Shown: piece after piece, positions 1 through 7,412 of the stretch
Position numbering within the stretch: the first letter of the stretch is position 1
How the letters are laid out: each line of letters starts with the position of its first letter
Assembly: GCA_947624805.1 (NCBI GenBank)
Contig: CANQLW010000001.1
Coordinates: forward strand, 37,073-101,072
DNA: 64,000 nucleotides
Direction: 5' to 3'
From: an uncultured Clostridia bacterium
GTDB lineage: Bacteria > Bacillota > Clostridia > Christensenellales > Borkfalkiaceae
Position numbers and translations under genes: made by a program
Notes under the pieces: generated by a model
Told to the model about the DNA's origin: nothing
The model's database searches: none
What the model saw: only the letters and a program-made list of their open reading frames with translations

Positions 1-1
1 C

Positions 2-229
2 GAGGACGCCGTCTTTGGTGATATGAGGGAGATCGTATGCGCCGACGCACCGACGGATATCTACATCTCCCCCGTCGGCTGTGACGGGATCCTGAGGCGC
101 AGCCGTGAACGGAACCTTTCCGTCAATCCGCGGCTCAAAAAGGTCTTGGAGAGGATCTCGGCCGAGATGCCCGAGGAAGAGATCGAGGCGCGTTCCAAGG
201 TCCAGCGGCGAGGCAAATACAGCAAATAA
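2..229 (+). CDS. 3' end of a CDS truncated by the window edge (possibly the C-terminal tail of a mobile-element DNA methyltransferase)
   Basis: The frame is open from the window edge to the stop at 229. The tail SPVGCDGILRRSRERNLSVNPRLKKVLE resembles a tail I recall from phage/ICE cytosine methyltransferases. No catalytic motif lies inside the window. Confidence 0.3.
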   Translation, partial: EDAVFGDMREIVCADAPTDIYISPVGCDGILRRSRERNLSVNPRLKKVLERISAEMPEEEIEARSKVQRRGKYSK

Positions 230-284
230 TTTGCAGATCCCCGTCCATGCCGCACCCGCGGACGGCCTGTTACTCTTTTTACGG

Positions 285-480
285 CCATTCTGCCCTTCTC
301 CTTGCCCACCCCCCTACCCCCCTCCTTAGGAGGGGGCATAAAAAGCGCCTCTTCGGGGAGGATCCTTCGACTCCGCGCTTCGCGCTCCGCTACTTCGTCG
401 CTGACGCTCCTCGTGCCGCGCTTAGAGCAACAAGAATGCGCGCGGGGCAGGATGACCGTAAAGCGCGAGGAGGCAACAGG
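285..480. repeat. Mosaic GC-rich intergenic repeat (REP/BIME-like family, copy R1)
   Basis: 390-419 (ctacttcgtcgctgacgctcctcgtgccgc) is identical to 51058-51087. 411-456 is a reverse-complement relative of the module at 10328-10376. It shares ggatccttcga with about 10430 and 55553. Confidence 0.7.
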
Positions 481-491
481 GGGCGGGGGAA

Positions 492-1433
492 TTATCCGTT
501 CACCTGCTCCATCATCCTCCGTTTGTGGTCGAGGAGGGAGTGGACGTACAGCTTCAGCGTAATGACGGGCGAGCGGTGGCCGAGCACTTCGGACAGCGTC
601 TTGTCGTCCATCGCCCTCTCGTTCGCCCGCGTCGCAAAGGTGTGCCTGAGGGCATGGAATTTCTTATGCGGAATGCCGAGTTTCTGCAATAACAATTGAT
701 AACTCCTCTGAAACGACCGCACGCGGACCGTCTCCCCCTTGGCGTCCGAGATGACGAAGTTCGACTTGCTCTCCTTCTTCATCTCCGAAAGTAACGCCAT
801 GAGACAGCTCGGCAGGGGAATGATGCGGCGGGAGGAATAGGTCTTGGGACGGTCGATGATCTTCTTATAGTTCCCGTTCTCGTCCTTTCCGTCACGGCAG
901 GTCTTTGAGATCGTCATGAGGGCATTTTCAAAGTCAATATCGTCCCATTCGAGGGCCAAAAGTTCCCCGATCCTCAGTCCCGAGTGCAGGCAGATGATGA
1001 TGCCGTTGAGCTTGTGCCGCGAAGAGCGTTTTTGCAGCATTTTTGCGATCTCATCCTCGATACGCTTCTGCTCGCTCTCCGTAAAGACGACCACTTCCGT
1101 CTCAGGGGCTTTGGGGAGCTCGAGTTTATCGCCGATGTATTTCTCCGCATAGCCAAGATTATAGGCGCGGCGCAGAGAATTTCGGAACACACTGAAAATC
1201 AGCCTGATACTGTTTGCCGAGAGCGGGCCGCCCGTGAGTAGATTGCCATGCTCCAACAGCCCCGTGATGTAATGCTGGATGCAGGCGACATCGAGTTCGT
1301 TGATCTCGATCTCCCCGAAAATCGGTTCGAGCCGCAGGCGGATCGTGTCCTTGTATGCCTTGTATGTGCGTTCTTTTTCGACGGGACGGACATAGTCCTC
1401 GAGCCAGATATTCAGCCACTGTCCGTATTTCAT
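492..1433 (-). CDS. Tyrosine recombinase / phage-type integrase
   Basis: 313 aa. The C-terminal catalytic region HALRHTFATRA...LGHRSPVITLKLYVHS carries the R..HxxR..Y signature. The N-terminal SAM-like core-binding region is typical of XerC/D-phage integrases. Confidence 0.9.
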   Translation of the reverse strand: MKYGQWLNIWLEDYVRPVEKERTYKAYKDTIRLRLEPIFGEIEINELDVACIQHYITGLLEHGNLLTGGPLSANSIRLIFSVFRNSLRRAYNLGYAEKYIGDKLELPKAPETEVVVFTESEQKRIEDEIAKMLQKRSSRHKLNGIIICLHSGLRIGELLALEWDDIDFENALMTISKTCRDGKDENGNYKKIIDRPKTYSSRRIIPLPSCLMALLSEMKKESKSNFVISDAKGETVRVRSFQRSYQLLLQKLGIPHKKFHALRHTFATRANERAMDDKTLSEVLGHRSPVITLKLYVHSLLDHKRRMMEQVNG

Positions 1434-1591
1434 GATTCACCTCTTATCATTTGTAACTCCATTGTAGCAGAAATAAAAACGGCTTGCAAATGGCAAACCG
1501 TTTTACTAAACAAAAAAAATTTCAGAAATTTTTCGAAGCGCCCGATTGCGCCGTTTTTTGGCACAAAAAACGGGTAGGCCATGGGCCCTCA

Positions 1592-1636
1592 ACAAAAAAA
1601 CAGATGAAAACGTCTCCTCCGATCAGGGGGAGACGT
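1592..1636 (-). terminator. Possible Rho-independent terminator overlapping the helicase stop codon
   Basis: Stem acgtctcc (1610-1617) pairs with ggagacgt (1629-1636). On the minus strand it is followed by ttttcatctgttttttt. Confidence 0.4.
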
Positions 1637-3422
1637 AGTATTTTGTGAGTTTTCTCTTGGTGATGGCGGTCGTCACGGCGTCGAGGAATGCCGATTTGTC
1701 GGGGATGGAGATCTCAAACATCTCGTTGTTCCTCGTATTCCACAGGATCCCCTTGGAAAGCCCGAGCCCGATCATATAGACGGCACATTGCAGAAAGTGC
1801 GGATGTGATAATTCGGAGACGAATTTCAGCTCATAGACCACGCCGTCCTTGACAACGTCGGCGAGGCCGCTTGCCTCAAACGCCTTCCCGCCCGTCTCGT
1901 CCCCGAAGGCGATCGAGCAGGGCACCTGCACCTCTTCATCGGCGGAGAGCACGGCTCCGAGCCGCTGCACCAGTGCCCGCTTCTCCTCCCGCTGTACGAA
2001 AGGCGTCCGCACTTGTTTTCTGTATCGCTCCTGTTTGGTCTCCAAGGATATCAAAAACAGAATCTTCTCCTCAATCGAGGCGCGCCTGACCTCGGATGCA
2101 AACATGAAGGACAGTTCGGGGTGGACGGCAAAGAATAAGTCGAGTTCCTTATCGATATCGTAATGATGAAAATACGCCGCCTCCTGATAGATGCCGATAC
2201 AGGGGGAAAGATCGATGAGTTCGTCCCTGTTTTTGATCGCGATCTCCCTGCGGTCCGTCTGTCCGACGGGCTCGATCCCGAGCAATGAATAACATTTCTC
2301 GATGTCCTCGATATATTTGAAATCGAACATCGAGGAGATATCCATTGCCGAGAAGGGCGTCTCGGAGCATACATTCGTCGAGAGCGTCTCCTCGGAGAGC
2401 TTTGCCCCGCCGCCCGCGACGAAGACGATCTTCTCCTTGCCGCGGCTCGCCGCGACGCAGAAAATATTGCGGAGAATCTCATAGGACTGCTGCGGTTTCT
2501 CGATCCGTACCGCCCAGTAGCTCTCCGTAAAGTCGAATACCATGCAGATCTTGCGCTCCAAGCCCTTGCTGCTGTCATAGGTCGTGAAGATCGCACAGCT
2601 GTCCGTCGGGTCGACTGCCCTGTCCCCGTCGTCGTCCTGAATGCTCGCATAGACGGTCGCCTTGTTGAATTTCTCGGGGAACAGATCCTCGAGCTCGTTC
2701 AATACCTCCGCCATCTGTCCCGTCCGTGCGCCGAGGCAGAGGATATCCCCCGGCCGCTGTGCCGCCAGAAAGGAGACGGCCTCATCGGCGTCCATGTCAA
2801 CGACGCTGCAACCCGCGTTGACGCCGATGATCGGCTTGTTCCAGATGCGTCCGAGCATCGCGGCGTGCTCTCCCGAGAGGCGGAAACATTTCGTAAAGGT
2901 CAGACGCTCGCAGTCGCCCAGGAAGCTGCCGATGAACGCTCTGACGTCAAGAGCGGTCTTGTCGTAGATCTTTTGCTCCATATCCCCCACGGCGATGATC
3001 TGCATGGCGGGATTGCAGGATCTGATGTAGAGGAGCAGCTCGGCGAGCTCCTGTTCGATGTCCTGATACTCATCGAGGACGAGGACGTCGTAGTGCGGCA
3101 GGGCGGGCCTGACACGGTTGAAGGTCTGGATGAGGTCGTGGATGCCCGCACGGATCCCGTACGCATGGAGCATCATATAAGCAAAACCGTGATAGTTGGT
3201 CACGGTCACGTTGTATCTTCTGATCTTTGCACGGGCATCGATCTTGAGGAGCTTGTTATATGTCAGATACAAGATCTTCTTCCCCGAAAACCTGTCGCAG
3301 AGCCGCTGGATCGCCGTCGTCTTGCCGCTCCCGATGCAGGCATCGACGAGAACGTTTTTCCCCTGCATGGCGACGGAGATAAAATGCTCCTGCTCATCGG
3401 ATAACCGAAAATTTTGCCCCAT
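1623..3422 (-). CDS. UvrD/PcrA-like SF1 helicase fused to a C-terminal PD-(D/E)XK (RecB/Cas4-type) nuclease
   Basis: 599 aa. Walker A is DACIGSGKTT and motif II is VLVLDEYQD. TTYDSSKGLERKICMVFDF is present. The C-terminus has D..VYELKF plus QCAVY (the QxxxY of the RecB nuclease family). Confidence 0.8.
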   Translation of the reverse strand: MGQNFRLSDEQEHFISVAMQGKNVLVDACIGSGKTTAIQRLCDRFSGKKILYLTYNKLLKIDARAKIRRYNVTVTNYHGFAYMMLHAYGIRAGIHDLIQTFNRVRPALPHYDVLVLDEYQDIEQELAELLLYIRSCNPAMQIIAVGDMEQKIYDKTALDVRAFIGSFLGDCERLTFTKCFRLSGEHAAMLGRIWNKPIIGVNAGCSVVDMDADEAVSFLAAQRPGDILCLGARTGQMAEVLNELEDLFPEKFNKATVYASIQDDDGDRAVDPTDSCAIFTTYDSSKGLERKICMVFDFTESYWAVRIEKPQQSYEILRNIFCVAASRGKEKIVFVAGGGAKLSEETLSTNVCSETPFSAMDISSMFDFKYIEDIEKCYSLLGIEPVGQTDRREIAIKNRDELIDLSPCIGIYQEAAYFHHYDIDKELDLFFAVHPELSFMFASEVRRASIEEKILFLISLETKQERYRKQVRTPFVQREEKRALVQRLGAVLSADEEVQVPCSIAFGDETGGKAFEASGLADVVKDGVVYELKFVSELSHPHFLQCAVYMIGLGLSKGILWNTRNNEMFEISIPDKSAFLDAVTTAITKRKLTKYYVSP

Positions 3423-3553
3423 ATTGTTTGTCCTTACCGTCCTGTTCTTTGAAAAATCCGAACGTTCCGCCGATAGCGGGTTTATTTTACCATATCGGGA
3501 ACGGGGTTGTCAAATAAATCGGCTCCCGCTTCCCCCGTTCGTGCGGGACGGGG

Positions 3554-4360
3554 TCAGAGGGGGATGCGGAGGAAGCGGTCGGCGAGACAACAGAGGCGCA
3601 TCAGGGCGGCGAGCGTCTTGTCGGGCGCGGTGATGAGGACCCTCAGTTCCCTCTTGTTCAGCTCGGCGCCCCATTCGTTCGCGGTCCGTATGATCTCCGT
3701 CAACTGATCGGGATCGAAGGGGTCGGAATAGCCCGACAGGGCGGCGCCCATGTCGCCCACATACAGATCGGCATCCTCGCAATAGACGGCAAATTCATCC
3801 GTCCCGTTACTGAGCGAATATCCGTCGACGGAGATGATAAACTTCTCCCCGTCCTTCCGAAAGGAGATGCTCCCCCGCGTCGACTCGCACAGAGGAATGA
3901 GGAGCTCCGCCAGACTGCGCTGCGCCCGCTTTTCCACCGTTGGCTTTCTGATGCCCCAACGGGATAACGCCATCCGTTTTGCAAGAACAGCGTCCTCCTC
4001 CGCGATTGCCTGCATGGAAATCGTTTTTTTCTTCCCCGCATCGGCGGCAGCGCGGACACGCTCGAAAAAATCCCTTCTCCGCGCCTCGAAGAACTTCTTC
4101 CCCGCCCGTTTCCAGTCGGGCTCCTCCCCGTCGGGCGGGGGCTCCTCCCCGTCGGGCGGGGGGTCCTCCACGTCGGGCGCCTCATTCCCCGTAAAGGCGT
4201 ATTGCCTGCCGTCCTCCGTCCTGAGCGATCCGTCCGACACATAGCCGTCGAGGATGGATTTGAGCGTCTCATAGGGCAGTCCCGTCTCATAGAGCAGGTC
4301 GAAGACGTCTGCCGCACCGTCATTTCCCGCGATGTAGCGCAGGACATCCCGATCTTCCAT
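3554..4360 (-). CDS. Hypothetical protein (possible N-terminal winged helix; internal PPPDGEE repeat)
   Basis: 268 aa. It is coupled to the upstream gene by a 1-nt overlap. A tandem DNA repeat at about 4118-4170 encodes PPPDGEEPPPDGEEP. I recognise no catalytic motif. Confidence 0.5.
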   Translation of the reverse strand: MEDRDVLRYIAGNDGAADVFDLLYETGLPYETLKSILDGYVSDGSLRTEDGRQYAFTGNEAPDVEDPPPDGEEPPPDGEEPDWKRAGKKFFEARRRDFFERVRAAADAGKKKTISMQAIAEEDAVLAKRMALSRWGIRKPTVEKRAQRSLAELLIPLCESTRGSISFRKDGEKFIISVDGYSLSNGTDEFAVYCEDADLYVGDMGAALSGYSDPFDPDQLTEIIRTANEWGAELNKRELRVLITAPDKTLAALMRLCCLADRFLRIPL

Positions 4361-5967
4361 CAGAAATCATCCTCCCGCTGCATCCACGAGACGTCATAGT
4401 TATAGCGTGCATCCTTAAAGTCGAGTGCAGGCGCGGCGATCGGCTTTGCCTGCGGATAGGCGAGATACTCGGGCACGTCATAGTAGAGTTCGAACCTGCC
4501 GTTTACGGGCATATGGTTGTTGATCGTGATATACACTTCCCCGGGGCTCAGACGGTGCATGAGATCGTCCACGCTCACGAGGAATGCCTCGATGAACTTG
4601 ATCGTGTCCATGAGATAGCTCGCGGGGTCCTCGATGACGTGCTGGCCGATCTGCTCCTTCACGGCACGGGCGGTGGCGAGGTCGTTTGTCCCGAGGAAGA
4701 AGGAGAGGTCGCTGTTGGTACGGAACTGCTGTGCGATGCCCGCCGAATAGGTCGTCTCGAGCTGGGAGTAGTCCTGCACGATCGCCGTGATAAACAGATT
4801 GAGCCCACGTCCGATGCTGAAAATGGTCGGATAGATGTCATCCGCCGTGAGGGTGGGGAACTCGTCGCAATAGAACACGACGGGCACGCGGAGGGGCTCG
4901 CCGAGTTTCTTCGACAGATCCTTGAGAGTATTCAGGGTACGGATGATGTACTTGTTCACGATGTTGCGCATATACTTGTCCGACAGGTCGTACGAGAGGA
5001 ACAGGACCTGCGGCGTCGCGGCAAGGGTCTCCGTGTCGAGATTGTCCGTCAGGGTCAGATTTCTGACGTCGGGGAAGGTGTAATCGTTGAGATACTTCTC
5101 CACGAATTGCAGATAGCACGCCCGCGTGTTGGGGGCGTTCTGCGTGACGCCGCGCACATACGAATGCGTCCGCGAGGAGTGATCCCGCGTGGAAAAGAAG
5201 CCGCAGTCGTAGAACCCGCTGTTGTCATAGGAGAATTTACGGAAGATGCGTGCGATGCTTCCGAAATTGATCTGCTCGGGCAGGACGCGTTTGCGCCCCG
5301 TGGCCCGTTCCTGCTCTTTGGTGAGGGTGAGATCCTCGAAGAGCCCGACGATCATGCCGAAGATGAACATCTTCGCCTGCTGTTCCCACGTCGGGTCCTT
5401 CGTCGCCTCCACGATGAAGTATTGGTCGAGGACCTTACGGGTCTCCGTTAAAACGTCCTCGCGGAGGATGTCCCTGTCCTCGGAGAGCTCGGCGTCACGG
5501 TAGCGCACGGCAAGGGGATAGAAGGGGTTGAAAAATACCTCCGAGCAGGTCGGGCGGATGAAGTCCATGACTTTGACGTTCTCCTCCCCGTAGATCCCCT
5601 TGAGGTATTCCCCCGTCAAACGGTAGAGCTCCCCCTTGACGTCCGTGATGATGACGGAGTGCTCGCCCGTGAGATTGAAGAGCGTCGTGATGAGGTATCT
5701 CAGGCTCTTTCCCGAGCCCGTGTTCCCCGCGACGAGCGCATGGCAGAGCCCGTCCCGCTGTACGATCATCAAAGAACCGTCTTCGGCGCGGTAGGAAGAG
5801 ATGGGCATCCCAACGGGATGGGGCTCAAACGCGCGGTGCACGCTGTAGCCCCGTTCCCCCTCGACCTCCTGCACGGAGAGCAGTCTCGAATGCTCCCCGG
5901 GGACGTCCTTTGCGATCTGTTCGATGAGTGCATGGTTGAGTTTTGTCATAGCGGTATTAAAAACCAA
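4360..5967 (-). CDS. VirD4/TraG/TraD-like coupling-protein-type ATPase (FtsK/HerA-superfamily P-loop)
   Basis: 535 aa. Walker A is VAGNTGSGKS and Walker B is VVFYCDEFPTL. The IVQDYSQLETTYS and TNDLATARAVKEQIG blocks are typical of T4CPs. No N-terminal TM helices are visible. The start is uncertain (TTG at 5967 or ATG at 5949). Confidence 0.7.
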   Translation of the reverse strand: MVFNTAMTKLNHALIEQIAKDVPGEHSRLLSVQEVEGERGYSVHRAFEPHPVGMPISSYRAEDGSLMIVQRDGLCHALVAGNTGSGKSLRYLITTLFNLTGEHSVIITDVKGELYRLTGEYLKGIYGEENVKVMDFIRPTCSEVFFNPFYPLAVRYRDAELSEDRDILREDVLTETRKVLDQYFIVEATKDPTWEQQAKMFIFGMIVGLFEDLTLTKEQERATGRKRVLPEQINFGSIARIFRKFSYDNSGFYDCGFFSTRDHSSRTHSYVRGVTQNAPNTRACYLQFVEKYLNDYTFPDVRNLTLTDNLDTETLAATPQVLFLSYDLSDKYMRNIVNKYIIRTLNTLKDLSKKLGEPLRVPVVFYCDEFPTLTADDIYPTIFSIGRGLNLFITAIVQDYSQLETTYSAGIAQQFRTNSDLSFFLGTNDLATARAVKEQIGQHVIEDPASYLMDTIKFIEAFLVSVDDLMHRLSPGEVYITINNHMPVNGRFELYYDVPEYLAYPQAKPIAAPALDFKDARYNYDVSWMQREDDF

Positions 5968-6586
5968 ACCTCCTTCCCGTACCCTTTGCGGTATCGGGGT
6001 CGATCCCGTACTTGATCGCGAGCTCCTCGAGCGCCTCGGGATGAAGGATCATTTCGGGCATCTCGGCGAGCTTGCCGTAGATCTCATCCGCCGAGCCCGT
6101 GCGGAGAAGCAGGATGCCCGCGTCGCAGTTGCCGCCCGCCGTAAAGGCATCCGAGAGGACCTCGAGCGCGAGTTCGCGTCTCTTCGGATTGCGCAGAAGG
6201 ATCTGCACGGCGTAGAGCACGGATGCCGCGTGATCGCGGGTGTGGGCTGCGGCGCCCGCCGCGGGAGCCGTACGGGTCTCATCCATGACTTCCGCGACCC
6301 TGAGAAGCGCCTCGTATGCAACGGCGAGGACGTCCTTCCCGATCATGGGGGCGACTTTTCTGCCGCTCCCGATCCCGCAAAGATATTTCTCCACCAGACG
6401 AACGTCTGCCGCCGTCTGAAGTGACGCGAGCATTTCGTCTGCAAGGATCTCCGCCCCGTAATTCTTTTCTTCCGCGGAGAGACCGAAGAGGTCGGCGATC
6501 TCGTCCCAGACCGAGTCGGCGGGTACGTCCTCGATCCTGCTCGTCGCGATTGCGCAACAGATTGCGCGCGATGTTAAGTAGTTCAT
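5957..6586 (-). CDS. Hypothetical helical protein
   Basis: The start was reassigned to the ATG at 6586, preceded by aaggaggtg. The longer track ORF (to 6670) has no RBS. No motif recognised. Confidence 0.5.
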   Translation of the reverse strand: MNYLTSRAICCAIATSRIEDVPADSVWDEIADLFGLSAEEKNYGAEILADEMLASLQTAADVRLVEKYLCGIGSGRKVAPMIGKDVLAVAYEALLRVAEVMDETRTAPAAGAAAHTRDHAASVLYAVQILLRNPKRRELALEVLSDAFTAGGNCDAGILLLRTGSADEIYGKLAEMPEMILHPEALEELAIKYGIDPDTAKGTGRRFGF

Positions 6587-6749
6587 GTCGCTCACCTCCT
6601 TTCGTGATACATTCATATTATACTCTTCCGCGCTGCCGCCCGCAACGGCAAAAGACTTCGGTTTCTGCAAGATCGAGTCCTGTTTTTACCGAAGTCTTTT
6701 CTCTGTTACGATTTTCTTGTAATGGTTACAAGTTCCCTGCCTTTTCCCC

Positions 6750-7091
6750 CTATTTCAGAATGACGAGGTCCTCCACCTTCGCGATGCCGCAGATACGGCA
6801 ATAGAAGATGAGAAATTCGAGATCGGGGAAGCTCTTCCCGTTCTCCCAGTTTGCGATCTGGCTGGTCGCGACGCCCATGACGCGGGCGAGGTCGGACTGG
6901 CTGATGTCCTCCTCCTCGAAATCCTCCGCCTGACAACTGTCGCAGTCCGTGCCGTCGCAGATGGGATGGCGCTTGTGGACGTGCAGCTCATGGCAGACAT
7001 AGCGGTGCAGATGGATATTGTATTTACGAAGCCGCTGGAGCCGCTCGCCCGTCGCGGCGCGGTCCACTGCTACGAAATCGATGTGTTCCAT
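6750..7091 (-). CDS. XRE-family HTH regulator with an N-terminal His/Cys-rich segment
   Basis: The HTH is ISQSDLARVMGVATSQIANWENGKSFP. The N-terminal segment is HRYVCHELHVHKRHPICDGTDCDSC. Confidence 0.75.
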   Translation of the reverse strand: MEHIDFVAVDRAATGERLQRLRKYNIHLHRYVCHELHVHKRHPICDGTDCDSCQAEDFEEEDISQSDLARVMGVATSQIANWENGKSFPDLEFLIFYCRICGIAKVEDLVILK

Positions 7092-7098
7092 GCTCCCC

Positions 7099-7383
7099 TC
7101 ACTTCACGATCTTGTAGCCGAGCTTGATGAGAAATTTCAACGCCTCGAGGGACGTCCTTCTGTCGTAGTCCTTGTCCGTCTCGGAGAGCTCCTCATAGGG
7201 AATGATGAGGGGGTGTGTCTTGTTGTCACGGTCGAGTTTTTCGCCGTATGTCCAGCCCTCGGCGAGCTTGCCCGCCGCCCATACCTCATGCGTATTCTTT
7301 GCGAGCTGCTCCGCGAGCGCCATCACGTCCGCCCCGACGGCAACGTCCGTTGTGTCGAGCGGTCTCGGGATATATTTCATCAT
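7099..7383 (-). CDS. Stand-alone RyR (ryanodine-receptor repeat) domain protein
   Basis: 94 aa. LAEQLAKNTHEVWAAGKLAEGWTYGEKLDRDNKTHPLIIPYEELSETDKDYDR fits the bacterial RyR-domain pattern. A strong RBS (aaggagg) lies upstream. Confidence 0.75.
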   Translation of the reverse strand: MMKYIPRPLDTTDVAVGADVMALAEQLAKNTHEVWAAGKLAEGWTYGEKLDRDNKTHPLIIPYEELSETDKDYDRRTSLEALKFLIKLGYKIVK

Positions 7384-7412
7384 TGACCTCCTTATCTGCC
7401 CGTCTGCGGCTT

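Noticed and set aside
4118-4170. 24-bp tandem DNA repeat
   Set aside because: It lies in frame inside a CDS and simply encodes the PPPDGEE duplication. There is no evidence of a separate function.
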